A DNA stretch of 64,000 bases from Octopus vulgaris (Eukaryota). Shown here piece by piece: positions 50,886-64,000 of this stretch. Position 1 is the stretch's first letter. Each line of letters begins with the position of its first letter. The stretch lies in contig OX597837.1 in assembly GCA_951406725.2 (NCBI GenBank), positions 7,130,001-7,194,000 of the forward strand, given 5' to 3'. The notes below the pieces were generated by a model. The model was not told the origin of the DNA and did no database searches. It worked only from the letters and a program-made list of their open reading frames with translations. The translations under genes were made by a program, and so were the position numbers.

Positions 50886-51794
50886 ATTTGAATCTTAAGT
50901 CTTCTGTGTTATTTATAAACTTCGTTTTTACCAAATGTATGACGTTTATGTAAGCGTGTAATTTATGATAAAGACTTTAGTTGTATCGAAGAGCGGTAAC
51001 GCAAAACTCATTTATATGGTGGTGTAAAATGTTAGTTTTAATTAATGTTTATACATATACGTATATACTTTCATGAACCCCATGTATATATATATATATA
51101 GTACAAAGTAAGATAGGGGTTATATATATATATATATACGCACACATCTACACACATATGCGCACATACACACACGCATACATATATACACATGTACGTG
51201 TGTACATACTTATGTACATATAGGCACATGTATACTCATATCCACACATATGTACACACTTGCATTGTGATTTATGTATACATAACGACTGTAAACCTAT
51301 GTATGCGTGTCTATACGTGTGTGTGTGTCTATACGTGTGTGTGTGTGTCTATACGTGTGTGTGTGTGTGTGTGTGTATTTTATGCTTCGATTGGTCGATT
51401 GATCTGATTAGAGGAAAATCAATAACAATAATGTTTACAATACATATTATCAATCTCAGAACCGATTCATTTTTCATCCTCATGTTGTTGTTGATGCTGT
51501 TGGTGGCTGGCGTTGCTGGTGGTAATGGCCGTGAACGTTGTTGTGGTTTTGTTAGTATAGACTGCAGTTTAGTGGTGTAGGTGGAAATAATAGTGCTGCA
51601 GGTAGTGGATACGGCCGTCGTTGTGGTTTTTGCTAGTATGGGTTCTAGATAAAGTAGTGCCGGTGGGAATAACGGTGCTGATGGTGTTGGTGTTGGTAGA
51701 GTCTGTCGTACTTTAAATGGCGGTTTTAGGATATCTTTGAACTTTGAAGCCAGAATGAATTTCGGTGCAAGATGTAACAGTGGTAGTGTTGGTG

Positions 51795-52135
51795 GTGGTG
51801 GTAAGGGTGATGGTCTTTTCAAGAATAAAATATTGGTGGACAGAGCGGTAGGGATGAGGTAGTAGTAGTAGTATTTGTAGAGAAGTGGTAGTGGTGTTAG
51901 TAGTAGGGGTGATGGTCCTTTCAAGATTAAAATATTGGATAAAGCGGTAGGGATGAGGTAGTGGTAGTAGTAGTAGTAGTGGTGGTAGTGGCGGTTGTAG
52001 TATTTGTGGAGAAGTGGTAGTGGTAGGGGTGATGGTCCTTTCAAGAATAAAATATTGGACAAAGCGGTAGCGATGAGGTGGTGGTGGTGGTAGTAGTAGT
52101 AGTAATAGAATTTATAGAGGAGTGGTGTTAGTGGT
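51795..52135 (+). repeat. Three-copy ~105-120-bp tandem repeat with (GTA/GTG)n
   Basis: ggtgatggtcctttcaagaataaaatattgg..gcggtagggatgagg repeated three times. Confidence 0.8.
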
Positions 52136-52300
52136 GGTGATAGTAGTGGCAATAGTAGTAATGGTGGTGGCGGCTAGTACTGGGAATACTGGTGGGGGTG
52201 GAGCAGTATCGGTAATAGTATTGTGATCGACTATCCTCCTCCTCACAAAATCCAGGCCTTGTGCCTATAGTAGGAAGCATTTATCATTATCATTATTATT

Positions 52301-52708
52301 TAGGAGTGGCTGTGTGGTAAGTAGCTTGCTTACCAACCACATGGTTCCGGGTTCAATCTCACTGCGTGGTAACTTGGGCAAGTGTCTTCTACTATAGCCT
52401 CGGGCCGACCAAAGCCTTATGAGTGGATTTGGTAGACAGAAACTGAAAGAAGCCCGTCGTATATATGTATATATATATATATCTGTGTGTGTGTGTGTGT
52501 GTGTGTGTGTAAGTGTGTGTGTCTGTGTTTGTCCCCCAACATCGCTTGACAACCGATGCTGGTGTGTTTTCGTAACTTAGCAGTTCGGCAAAAGAGACCG
52601 ATAGAATAAGTACTAGGCTTACAAAGAATAAGTCCTGGGGTCGATTTGCTCGACTAAAGGCGGTGCTCCAGCATGGCCACTGTCAAATAACTGAAACAAG
52701 TAAAAGAG
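52301..52708 (+). mobile_element. Family A SINE, full length
   Basis: Close to consensus. Confidence 0.9.
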
Positions 52709-53725
52709 TAGTAGTAGTAGTGGCGGTGGGTAACGCTGGCGGGTGCTAAGGGTTGGAACACTGGAGGGGGTACGGGTGAGGAAGGAACGGAATCGGGGCT
52801 TGCATAAGTAGTAGCAGCAGCGGTAATAGCAGCAGTAGTAGTAGTAGTTCTAGTAGTAGTAGTAGTAGTAGTAGTAGCAGCAGCAGTAGCAGCAATAGTA
52901 GCGGTGCTGGCGATGATGTTTACGTGTTCTTTTACAGTCGATTCTCAGAAGACAAAATTGTATTACATCTGCTTGGCCAGTTTTGCATTTCAATTTAGGT
53001 CGCCATATTGGCCATTTTCAGTGACCAGACAGGCACAGATAAATACAAATATTTAATGTATAAATATCTGGTTTCTGTTCTCAAGAGAGACTTTTCTGGC
53101 GCACATACTCAAACACACACACACATCTACACACATGCGCGGGCGTATGAGCTGATGAATACACGTAGCTATGCTCAAATACAAATACACACATACACAT
53201 TCACACACATGCACATATATATATATGTGTGTGTGTGTATGTTCATGTATAATGTTATATGCAAATACAAACATCCACTAACACAAATGTATCAACACAC
53301 ATTTACACACATTTGTCTACATGCTTATACGCTCACATATATGTATACACACTAATACATATACTTATGAGACAGAACGTACATATTCTTCATACATATA
53401 GACACACAAATATCTGTGCGTATGTATGTATATATATATATGCATTTATACATGTGTATGCATGTTCAAACATACATATACATATACACACATACCAACG
53501 TATATACATAAACATGTTTGTATAACCACACACACGCACACATACAAATACACATATGCACACGTCCATATTCATATACAAGCACATATACACGCATACA
53601 CACACACACACGTCATGTAACTATTTACATAATGTATACACACCTACACTCGTCTTGAATATTAAACCGAAGGGCAGCTTTCTTAAGACAGAAATCAAAT
53701 TCTTGGCCAACTACTTGAGAGAGAG

Positions 53726-53803
<78 letters not shown>

Positions 53804-54021
53804 TATAGCGGCTATCGTATATGTCAGATATCAAAGGAAGTGCTGGTCAGTGGTCAATTTCATGTCCATTTCAACTAATAATTAATATTACAGCAGTAAA
53901 GAATCGAAAACTCTTTCAATTTGGTTCTGTTTTCTAATGATCGTTTCGTAAAGACAAGATGGGAGGCAAGCGTTTGGGATACGCAGCTAACAGATCTATG
54001 AGTAATTGGCGCGTCTGTGTA

Positions 54022-54023
54022 CT

Positions 54024-54081
<58 letters not shown>

Positions 54082-54290
54082 TCTCTCTGTCTCTCTCTCT
54101 CTCTTTCTCTCTCTCTCTTTCTTTCTCTCTTTTTCTCTCTCTCTCTCACTCTTTCTTTCTCTCTCTCTCTCTTTCTTTCTCTCTCTCTCTCTCTCTTTCT
54201 TTCTCTCTCACTCTTTCTCTCTCTCACTCTTTCTCTCTCTCACTCTTTCTCTCTCTCACTCTCTCTCTCTTTTTCTCTCTCTCTCTCTCA
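54022..54290. repeat. (CT)n microsatellite
   Basis: Direct inspection. Confidence 0.95.
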
Positions 54291-54654
54291 CACACAATAT
54301 GTATGAGTGTAAGTGCGTCATATAATTGTGTTAGTCGTTAACGGTGGAACTCGAAATAGATAAAGCTATAAATGATAGTGCTTAAATATTGGGCGTTAGC
54401 ATGCTGGGCGAAATGTTTAGCGGTATTTCGTCTGCCGCAATGTTCTGAGTTCAAATTCGGGCCTTCGGTAAGAAAGTTATCCGACGGTTTCGGTCGCTTA
54501 CTGCACTTTACAATATTGAACCGTCAATATGGCCAAGTGCAATGGTCAGCGAGAAAACATCGGAAACATTCTGCCTGCAAACATGTACATGAGTATAACC
54601 GCTCGATTTCTCTTCTAGAGTATGTATTTTCTTGATTTATGGACAAATAGGCTC

Positions 54655-55262
54655 AGGCGTGGCTGTGTGGTAAGTAGCTTGCTTCCCAACCACATAGTTC
54701 TGGGTCCAGTTCCCCTGCGTGACACCTTGGGCAAGTGTCTTCTACTATAGCCTCAGTTTCGTGTTCAGTCTCACAACGTGGCACCAAAGCCTTTTAAGCG
54801 GATTTGGTTGACGGAAACTGAAAGAAGCCCGTTGTATATATATATATATATGTGTGTGTATGTGTGTTTGTCGCCCCATGGCTTGACAACCGATCTCGGT
54901 ATGCTTACGTCCCCATAACTTAGCGGTTCGGCAAAAGGAACCGATAAAATAAGTACCAGATTCACAAAAAATAAGTCCAGGGGTCGATTTCTTCGATTAG
55001 AAGGCGGTGCTCCAGTATGGCCGCAGTCCAGTGACTGAAACAAGTAAAAGAAGGACTATACCTATCTTAGTGGGTGTTCGTTTCTTACTGCTTGACAACC
55101 GATGCTTGTTTGTTTACGTTCCTGTAACTTAGTGGTTCGGCAAAAGATAAAAGTAGAATAAATACCAAACTTAAAAACAGGCAGTGGAGTCGATTTGTTC
55201 GACGCACCGTACAATGAAATGCTCCAGAATTGCCATAGTGCAATGGTTGAAACATGGAAGAA
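54655..55262 (+). mobile_element. Family A SINE plus a second 3' fragment
   Basis: Consensus match 54655-55052; fragment 55090-55262. Confidence 0.8.
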
Positions 55263-55437
55263 TAAAATTTATATCATTCGATCGGCTGCAGCTGGACTGT
55301 GACTCAAAGACGGTAAGGTTCGTGAATTCGCGCTTAGCCAACTCAAAGCAGTTTAATAAATGTCAGTACACGAAACTCTTGTCTTTTGAGTAATTTTCTA
55401 ACTTGTGCCGATTAAATGAAGACATGTGAGCAAGATT

Positions 55438-55732
55438 ATAAACCTGGAAAATTACAAGACAAGTTATTACACTTGGAAATGAGGACAACTTATTACATCT
55501 GCTAAAGTACAGGACGAGAAAATTTTACTTAAAATATTGCAGCTAACGATAAAATTTGAATATTGAATAATTTATTTGATTCTAATTTACAAAGTAACAT
55601 TATAAATATTCAAATTTTATCGTTAGTTGCAATATTTTAAGTAAACATTTTCTTGTTCTGTACTTTAGCAGATGTAATAAGTTGTCCTCATTTCCAAGTG
55701 TAATAACTTGTCTTGTAATTTTCCAGGTTTAT
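55438..55732. repeat. Long palindrome: ~127-bp arms, ~40-bp loop
   Basis: ataaacctggaaaattacaagacaagttattacacttgg... / ...ccaagtgtaataacttgtcttgtaattttccaggtttat. Confidence 0.9.
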
Positions 55733-57599
55733 CATCTGAAGAATATTATTTCTCTTGCTCGCATTTTTCCATGTAATCAACGTTTCTTCCAGGCTATGCT
55801 ATTATGCTAATTAATAATGTGTTAAATTAGCGGTGTCGTTGATAATTTTTTCCTTGCCTCAATGACGCCGTTGACATATATTAAAAGTCCCCTTATAGAA
55901 CTATATTCATAAAAAGTATAGAACTATATTATCCCCCTCAAATTTAAGAAACAAACACTCATAACATTTTTCTTCTAAAACTTCATTGCATGAGATTGAT
56001 ACGATGAAATTCCTCGAATTGAACTATATCATTTAAGCGTAATTAAAATATAGTTTATTTTTAAAATAAAAAGTTAATTATATTTAAATTCAAATTTTTG
56101 CCTAATATATTTTTTCATGATATCTTCCCTCACACCTTTTTGATACAAATTTTTGTTGCATGAGAACAAAACTATGAAATTCTAAGTTGTAATAATGAAG
56201 TCAAGCCAAATAGGAATATTTTGAAATCATTTAATATGTGTGTTTCAGGTCTGCATAATATATAACAGAAATGCATCGATTACGAAAGACCTTCCTCAGT
56301 TGTCATTGGCATTTTGCCTGTTTTCCCATGTAGACATGGGTTAGACAGATTTCAGTTTGTTATGCGTTGAGGTCCTTTTTTCATTTTACTCACCAACAGA
56401 GAAACTTTCTATATTTAGTTATATCATCTTTTGTAATCTTTGTATTGAATCATTAAGATGGTCTTCCTTTCATCAATAGGACTTAGATTGACTGCCTGCA
56501 TCAAAATGAAAATACATAAATTGTCCTGCATCAGTTTCTGCTCTCCAAAGTACAACTGAAACAAGATACACACACACACACACATATATAATATTAATAC
56601 GTAAACTTTTTTTATTTTTGTACGTACCTGTTGTGTGTGTAACACTTCAAAGAAGTGGCAAAACGAGAGGGAGAGGAGGACAGAGGAAGTAAGAGAGAAT
56701 GAGAGTGAAAGAGACAGTGAGTGGTGACGGCGTTCGTTTGACCATTTTAAATGTTTCTTAGAGGGCGTAAGATAGAAAGAGAGAGAGTGAAGGAGACAGT
56801 GAGTGGTGACGGAGGATCATCGCAAAAGAAGTAGATACATAGATACATATACACATTGTTAAATCAAAAACGGGAGAGAAGAGGGACACAAAGGAAGTGA
56901 AAGAAAGAGAGAAACTGAGAGAGACAGTAGATACATAACGCCAAAGAAATGTTCGTACATAGATACATACACACAGCAAATATTGGCTGTCAATTTCACT
57001 TTTCATTACCACACGAGGATAAAATTAACTCACAAATGGCTGAGTACTCTACAGACATGCATAACATTAACGTAGTTCTCTGGGAGATTCAACCTCACAT
57101 AGAATATGACAAGGCTGGCTCCTTTGAATTACAACTACAACTCGTGACATATATATGCGTGTGTGCATGTACTTGTGTGTGTGTGTGTGTGTTCGTGCCC
57201 ATGTACATGTACACATGTGGGTATGTATGGTGTGTGCATGTACATATACGCATGTTTGTGTGCGCGTACGGTTGTATATACTCGCGTGTGTGTGCGTGTG
57301 TGTGCTCGTGTATGCATGTGCGTGCGTATGTAAGAATACATGCCTATGTATCCGTATGCATGTGTGCATGTACATACATGCGCAATCACATGCATGTGTT
57401 TGTGATATTTGAACCTTGGGTCTTCACAAACATTGTTTCTATTTAAACTTCAACATACGGGTATTTCAGATGCTTTCAGATTCGGTTTTCTACTTTCTCG
57501 GTCTATTTATAGATTCATTCAAATCGTGTTCAATATTTCTTTCTTTTATCCATAAATACTTTATAAATTTTCTCGTCAGGCTGGGTTTGTTATTCAATG

Positions 57600-58380
57600 T
57601 AGATAGATAGTTATAGATAGATAGATAGATATAGATTGATTGATTGATTGATTGATAGGTAATTAGATAGATAGATAGATAGATATAGATTGATTGATAG
57701 GTAATTAGATAGATAAATAGATATAGATTAATTGATAGGTAATTAGATAGATAGATAGATATAGATTAATTGATAGGTAATTAGATAGATAGATAGATAG
57801 ATAGATATAGATTGATTGATAAGTAATTAGATAGATAGATATAGATTGATTGATAATTATATATAGATTGATTGATAAGTAATTAAATAGATAGATATAT
57901 AGATTGATCGATAAGTAATTAAATAGATAGATAGATAGATAGGTATAGATTGATTGATAAGTAATTAAATAGATAGATAGATAGATAGATAGGTATAGAT
58001 TGATTGATAGGTAATAGATAGATATAGATTGATTGATAGATAGATAGATAGATAGATATAGATTGATAGGTAATTAGGTAGATAGATATATAGATTGACA
58101 GGTAATTAGATAGATATATAGATTGATTGATAGGTAGATAGATAGGTAAGTAGACAGATAGATATAGTTAGGAAGATATAGATAGGTAGATATATATAGA
58201 TATAGTTAGTTAGATAGATAGATAGGTAGGTAGTTATAGATAGACATTGATGGAGATATACAGACAAAAACAGATAAAGAGATATTGAGACAGACTGATA
58301 CAGATATTGACAGAGATATAGATACTGATGAATAGAGACTGATAGATATGTAGATAGAGATTGATAGAGGTATATACAAA
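57600..58380. repeat. (AGAT/TGAT)n tetranucleotide tract
   Basis: Direct inspection. Confidence 0.9.
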
Positions 58381-58886
58381 TACACATAAAGAGAGATAGT
58401 GTATATGTGTGTGGGTGGCTATATATCTGTGCATATGGGTACACATCTATACGCATATGTACATATATGCATATATCTATATACATGCATATGCGTATAT
58501 CTGTCCATATATTTTTACACGTGCATGTTAGCGCGGATAAGTATGTACGCAGAAATAGATTCACTTTGTTTTTTTATCGCTTTTCCTTCTGTTTCTCCAT
58601 AAATAATGCTTATTAATATATTTTCCTTTTGGGTGCGCAGGTTGTGAAGATTCGGAAACATCGCTCGCTATTTATATACAAATTGTCTTAAAGCATGTTT
58701 GAAAATATCTGTTTATTACGGTACGAGTCTATGAAAGAATTCGATTCTTGCTAAGTCGAAGTATTTAACCGTTATGAGAATAGAAAACAAAATATGGAAT
58801 AGAAATAAAGCATAATTTAATAAATTTTTAAAATAGTACAATAGAATAAAATTACACACAAGCTTACACACACATATGTGTGTGTG

Positions 58887-58946
<60 letters not shown>

Positions 58947-59052
58947 CACACACACACACACACGTAATCTGTTTGGAAAGAGCAAAATTGGGGAACAGGG
59001 GGCGCGCGTGTTTATCAACAAATGTTGGTGAGTAGTAACTGTGGGGAGATTA

Positions 59053-59089
<37 letters not shown>

Positions 59090-59127
59090 TGTTGTTGTTG
59101 TTGTTATTATTATTGCTACTACTACTA

Positions 59128-59342
59128 AGGCGGCGAGCTGGCAGAATTTTTAGGATGCAGGACGAAATGCTTAGCGGTATTTCGCCGGTAGCTACGTTCT
59201 GAGTTCAAATTTCGCTGAGGTCGACTTTGCCTTTCATCCTTTCGGGGTCAATAAACTGAGTAGCAGTGAAACACTGGGGTCGATGTAATCGACTAAGTCC
59301 CCCCACCGCAAAATGTCAGGTCTTGTGCCTATAATAGAAAGA

Positions 59343-59375
<33 letters not shown>
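59128..59375 (+). mobile_element. Family B SINE (ATT-tail type) with (ATT)n tail
   Basis: Consensus match ending cttgtgcctataatagaaagaattattatt. Confidence 0.85.
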
Positions 59376-60612
59376 GCCTTTGTACAGCTTCTAACGATGG
59401 AGATGTACAACAGTGTCAGCTGTTCACTACCACTGAACTAAGGTAACACCTCTTATTTTTCGAGCACCTTCCGGAGTATTCGAGCGGTTCCAAGTAGTGC
59501 TGTTTTCTGCAAGTGCTCCGCCCTTATTGCAGCTCCTATTTGTTCCACGTACTTCTCGAGACTTTTGCTCACTGTTCCCAGGGCTCCGACAATTAATGGT
59601 ACTACTGCTACCTTTTTCATCGACCACAACTACTTAACTTCCCAAGCTAACCTGTCATATCTCTCAACTTTCCTTTCTTCCTTATCGCATATCTTGTTGC
59701 CGGCTGGACATGCTATATCTATGATCCAGCATAGTTTGTTTTCTTTCTCAATTAAGACTATGTCCGGCTTCCTATTCTCAATCTCATGGTCGCACTGAAT
59801 CATAAAATACCATAGGATCTTTGCATTTCTATTTTCGACAATGCCTTCAGGTTTGTGGTCGTACCAATTTTTTGCTCTGTCAAGTCCCATACTTATTGCA
59901 AAGTATCCAATGGACAAGCCTTGCTATTTTGTCATGGCGTCTCATATTAACTGGTAATATGCCATACGGTTTCACCGCTTTGTCCACATATTCTGCACTT
60001 ATCACTTTCTGCTGTGTTGTCTATTCTGTATTTTATGTAGCTTGTTCTTAGTGCTTGCTCTTGGGCAGCACAGATTATAACCTCCGTTTCCGGTTTTAAA
60101 TTACTTTTAGCTACCCACAGCCATCCTTTTTCTCTGTCTGTCTTATCTTCAGCATCCCTATGAAATTGTCCATGCGTTCTTTTCTTTACCCACCTATTTT
60201 CAGTTTCATTCAGTCTCAAGTGCTTGTACAGTGCTTTATCTTTGCAATCTTTCATCTTACACAAGCCTGACCTTCCTACTTCTAATATTAGCGGTTCTGT
60301 GGCATTTTTACGTACAATGCTATGTTGTTTTCTTCTGCTCTAATGCTGTGTTCGCATCCAATCAGTCCTCTTCCCCCTCTTTTTCTTGGTGCATACAGAC
60401 TGTATCACTTTTTGGGTGGAGTAACCCATATCTAGTTAACAACTCCCTTGTCTTTCTGTCTGAGCTGTTTAGTTCGTCTACTGTCCATGCAATTACTCCT
60501 GCTCCATATCTAAGGAGTGAAACCGCTCAGGTGTTGATAGCTTCGATCTTATTCCGTCGTTAAAATTTTGACTTAGGGATCTGTCTCAGTTTGCGTAAGT
60601 ACTCCACCTTAA
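59376..60612 (-). pseudogene. 5'-truncated R4/Dong-like non-LTR retrotransposon (RT C-terminus, CCHC finger, restriction-like endonuclease)
   Basis: AAQEQAL..CRICGQSGETVWHITS, RRHD, WYDHKP..ILW..IQCD..RKPDIVLI..IIDIACP..K.E.Y..L; frameshifts; 3' end abuts (AAT)n. Confidence 0.85.
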
Positions 60613-60633
60613 ATTTGTTTGTGTATGTATGTG

Positions 60634-60693
<60 letters not shown>

Positions 60694-61278
60694 TATGTAT
60701 GTATGTATGTATTTGTGTGTGTGCGTATATATGTATGTATGTATGTATGTATTTGTGTGTGTGCGTATATATGTATGTATGTATGTATGTATTTGTGTGT
60801 GTGCGTATATGTGTATGTATATATATATATACATATATATGTGTATTTGTGTGCGTATATATGTGTGTGTGTGTATGTATATATAAAAGTTTTTCTTTTC
60901 TTTTTTCAATATATTATTTTCAGTAATCAAACCAAAACTAAGAAAGGAGATATTAACGAATATTTAAGTAGACAAAGATATATTTCGAGTAAAAATTTAC
61001 AACTTGGTGTTCGTAGCTGCAAAAACTATTAAATTAAAATAGCCATCTTGTACTATACACGCCATCACTGATCGCATTCCGAAACGAAATTTGTCCCCTA
61101 CGGTATACACTAAACAATGAAAAATACAAACACCAACGGTACAAATGTACATAAAACAATAGGATTTTAACAAAGTTTAAAATTACGAAGTAGATATCGA
61201 ACAAGCATTTTTCAACGATCAAATGTTCACTTAAAATTCAATGAGTTTCACAAGGATAGATAATATCAAAGTAAATGT

Positions 61279-61309
<31 letters not shown>

Positions 61310-61314
<5 letters not shown>

Positions 61315-61550
61315 ATGGAAGAAATGGAGCTGAACGAAGATTCTACAGAATTCCTTTTATTACATTCTACACATGTTTTAAAGGCCACAAATTTCCAAAT
61401 TCTGATTGAATAAGGATACCATATTGCAGCTTTCTCTTCAGGAAAATCCAGGAATTACGATGTCCAAACAAAACAAAGGCGCAGCAAGCAACTCGGATAA
61501 ACTTTTGAATAATACGTAACAAGATAATTCATCTTTCCATTTCAACAAAT
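61310..61550. repeat. Relative of the 36989-37360 element without the fold-back
   Basis: gtgaatggaagaaatggagctgaacgaagatt... and aacaagataattcatctttccatttcaacaaat are shared; embedded in (TA)n. Confidence 0.7.
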
Positions 61551-61621
61551 ATATATATATATATATCACTGTATCGCACTAAATGTATATACACGTAGAA
61601 CAAATATATAAATACATATAT

Positions 61622-61809
61622 AGGGAGAGTTTTCGAAAAAAACAAAAGACGAAGACAGGTGGTGTACAAAACAAACAGATGTATTAGTATAACGCTCAGG
61701 AATAGAAAATGTCTTTTACGTTTCGAGCCTACTCTCTTCTACAGAAAGGTACACAGAAAAAACAAGGAGAGAAGAAAAATGTGTGTAGTGGCTAACGATC
61801 TATCATGGC

Positions 61810-61810
<1 letters not shown>
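61622..61810 (-). mobile_element. Penelope-pLTR-like repeat with hammerhead-like motif (61713-61748)
   Basis: Homologous to 30276-30625; minus strand cttt-CTGTAGA-a-gaga(gtag)gctc-GAAA-CG-TA-aaag. Confidence 0.6.
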
Positions 61811-61855
<45 letters not shown>

Positions 61856-61982
61856 TTTTATCTTCAACTTGTATCAGTTATTAGACTGCGGCTACGCTGG
61901 GGTATGACTTCATTTAGTCTATCACTCTCTTTTGCCAAGCTGCTATGTCACGGGGACATAAACGCACCTGCGAAAATTTCGC

Positions 61983-62090
<108 letters not shown>

Positions 62091-62332
62091 GACACTTGTG
62101 AACCATGTAATTAGGAACCAAGCTTCTTACCACAAAGCTACACACATCTATATCTGTACCTTTGTGCGTGTAGTATATTTTTGGTGTGTGTGCGTGTGTG
62201 TATATATATATATGGGTTTGTGTGTGTATGTATATCTCTCGCCCTTTCTCTCTGTTTCTGCATTTTATATACACACACATGTTCTGTCACTCTTTTCTCT
62301 TAATCTATGTGTGTATACACACACAAATATAT

Positions 62333-62383
<51 letters not shown>

Positions 62384-62859
62384 CCGACATATATATATAT
62401 ATAGACAGAGAGGGACCGACATAGAGAGAGAGAGAGAGACCGACATATATATAGACAGAGAGGGACCGACATAGAGAGAGAGAGAGATTGTTTGTGTGTG
62501 TATGTATGTATCGCTTGTGTATAGATGCGTCTGCATGAGAAAAACCAACGGAATCTCATCGATAAGATTTGTCTACGTTCACCCTGTTATTTTCCGCCAT
62601 CTTGGTAATGATGTCACCGTAAATTGTAATCTACGGACACCATTTTGTTTGGCTGCCTACTATTTTACAGAAGAACTGTCATCTAAACATGGTCTTTAGA
62701 CAGCGCTTCTATTGTTTTGGACCCACCCCTGACTAACCAGCCGACCAACCAGGAAGCCAACCTACTTCTGAAGCTAGCGCCGGAATCCCCCCTCCCCACA
62801 CCACCACCTCCTTTGTGAAACTGTGTAAAAATGTTTGTGTACAGCCATGTTTGTCAATG

Positions 62860-63885
62860 TCTGAATGTGTGTTCATATATGTATTATATGTGTGTGTCTT
62901 TATATACATATGTATGTGTGTATACATATGTGTATATATCTATGTATATATACATATGTATTTGTGTGTATATATACGTATTTGTGTGTTTATATACGTA
63001 TTTGTGTGTTTATATACGTATTTGTGTGTGTATATATATATGTATTTGTGTGTGTATATATACGTATTTGTGTGTGTATATATGTATTTGTGTGTATGTA
63101 TACATATATATATATATTTGTGTGTATATATATATATGTATATATGTGTGTACATATATGTATTTGTGAGTATGTATATATGTTGTGTGTGTACGTATAT
63201 GTATGTATATATGTATGTGTGTATATGTGTGCTTGTGTGTGTCTATATGTGCGTGTATGTGTCTATATATGCATGTATATATATATATATATATGCATAT
63301 GTGCGTGTATGTGTGTGTGTATATATATATATGTGTGTGTGCGTGTGTGCTTGCATATGAGAGAGGAGGGGGAGAGAGAATTAGATTAATAGATGTATAT
63401 ATTTGGAGAAAATGTATATAAATGGGACAATTCCATACGCATGTGTGTCTACGTGTATGTGTGTACGTTGGTACTTGTATGCATGTATATTTGTATATCT
63501 ATATATACACTGCAACTCTATGAATCGATGTCTTTGTGTATTGATGTATATGTGTGCTGCAACATGCATATGTATTTGTATACATTGATGTATATGCTTG
63601 TGTTTGTATAGACGAATGTGAAGCATGTGTATATATGTGTGCGTATATGTAAGTATACATATGTATATGTACATGTATGTATGCGCGTATATATATATAT
63701 ATATATTAGCATATATAAGCATATATAGGTATGTATGCGCGTATATATATATATATATAAGCATATATAGATATGTGTGCATATATATATATATATATAT
63801 ACACGCACACATGTATAATGTATATTTGTGCTCATATATATTGATATATTGAGAAATAAATTGATATCTTTGATTGATAGCGGTG

Positions 63886-63931
<46 letters not shown>

Positions 63932-63985
63932 CATACATATACACACACACACCGCTACATATATATATATATATATATATATATG
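62860..63985. repeat. (TA)/(TG) low-complexity tracts
   Basis: Direct inspection. Confidence 0.85.
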
Positions 63986-64000
63986 GTGTAAAAAATAATG

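Noticed and set aside
51349-52152. 267-aa minus-strand ORF
   Set aside because: Low-complexity (CAC/TAC)n and a 3-copy tandem repeat; no domain
59290-59470. R4/Dong LINE as partner of the ATT-tail SINE subfamily
   Set aside because: The 3' ends show no sequence similarity and the tails have opposite polarity (AAT versus ATT)

Overview
Gene-poor, AT-rich animal DNA, probably intronic or intergenic. It is dominated by (TA)n/(TG)n/(ATT)n microsatellites, minisatellites and retroelements; the repeat content suggests an octopus (coleoid cephalopod), which is an inference. I could support no host protein-coding exon, and almost all long ORFs in the track are microsatellite read-throughs. Recognisable elements: a near-intact ~5.4-kb Tx1/L1-clade LINE (39873-45307) with a 16-bp TSD inside a SINE head; an R4/Dong-like LINE remnant; a mariner remnant; Penelope-like remnants; two MITEs; and many tRNA-derived SINEs of at least four families. 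Three observations stand out. (1) A ~320-bp tandem repeat (5.5-6.8 kb) carries a type I hammerhead ribozyme in each full unit, resembling a non-LTR retrozyme, and lies between ~180-bp inverted repeats. (2) The Tx1 LINE shares its 3' tail (a 26-bp identity plus a covarying stem-loop) with one SINE subfamily. (3) That SINE subfamily repeatedly joins other SINE copies at the same nucleotide (8 junctions), suggesting a target-biased, self-nesting LINE/SINE system.
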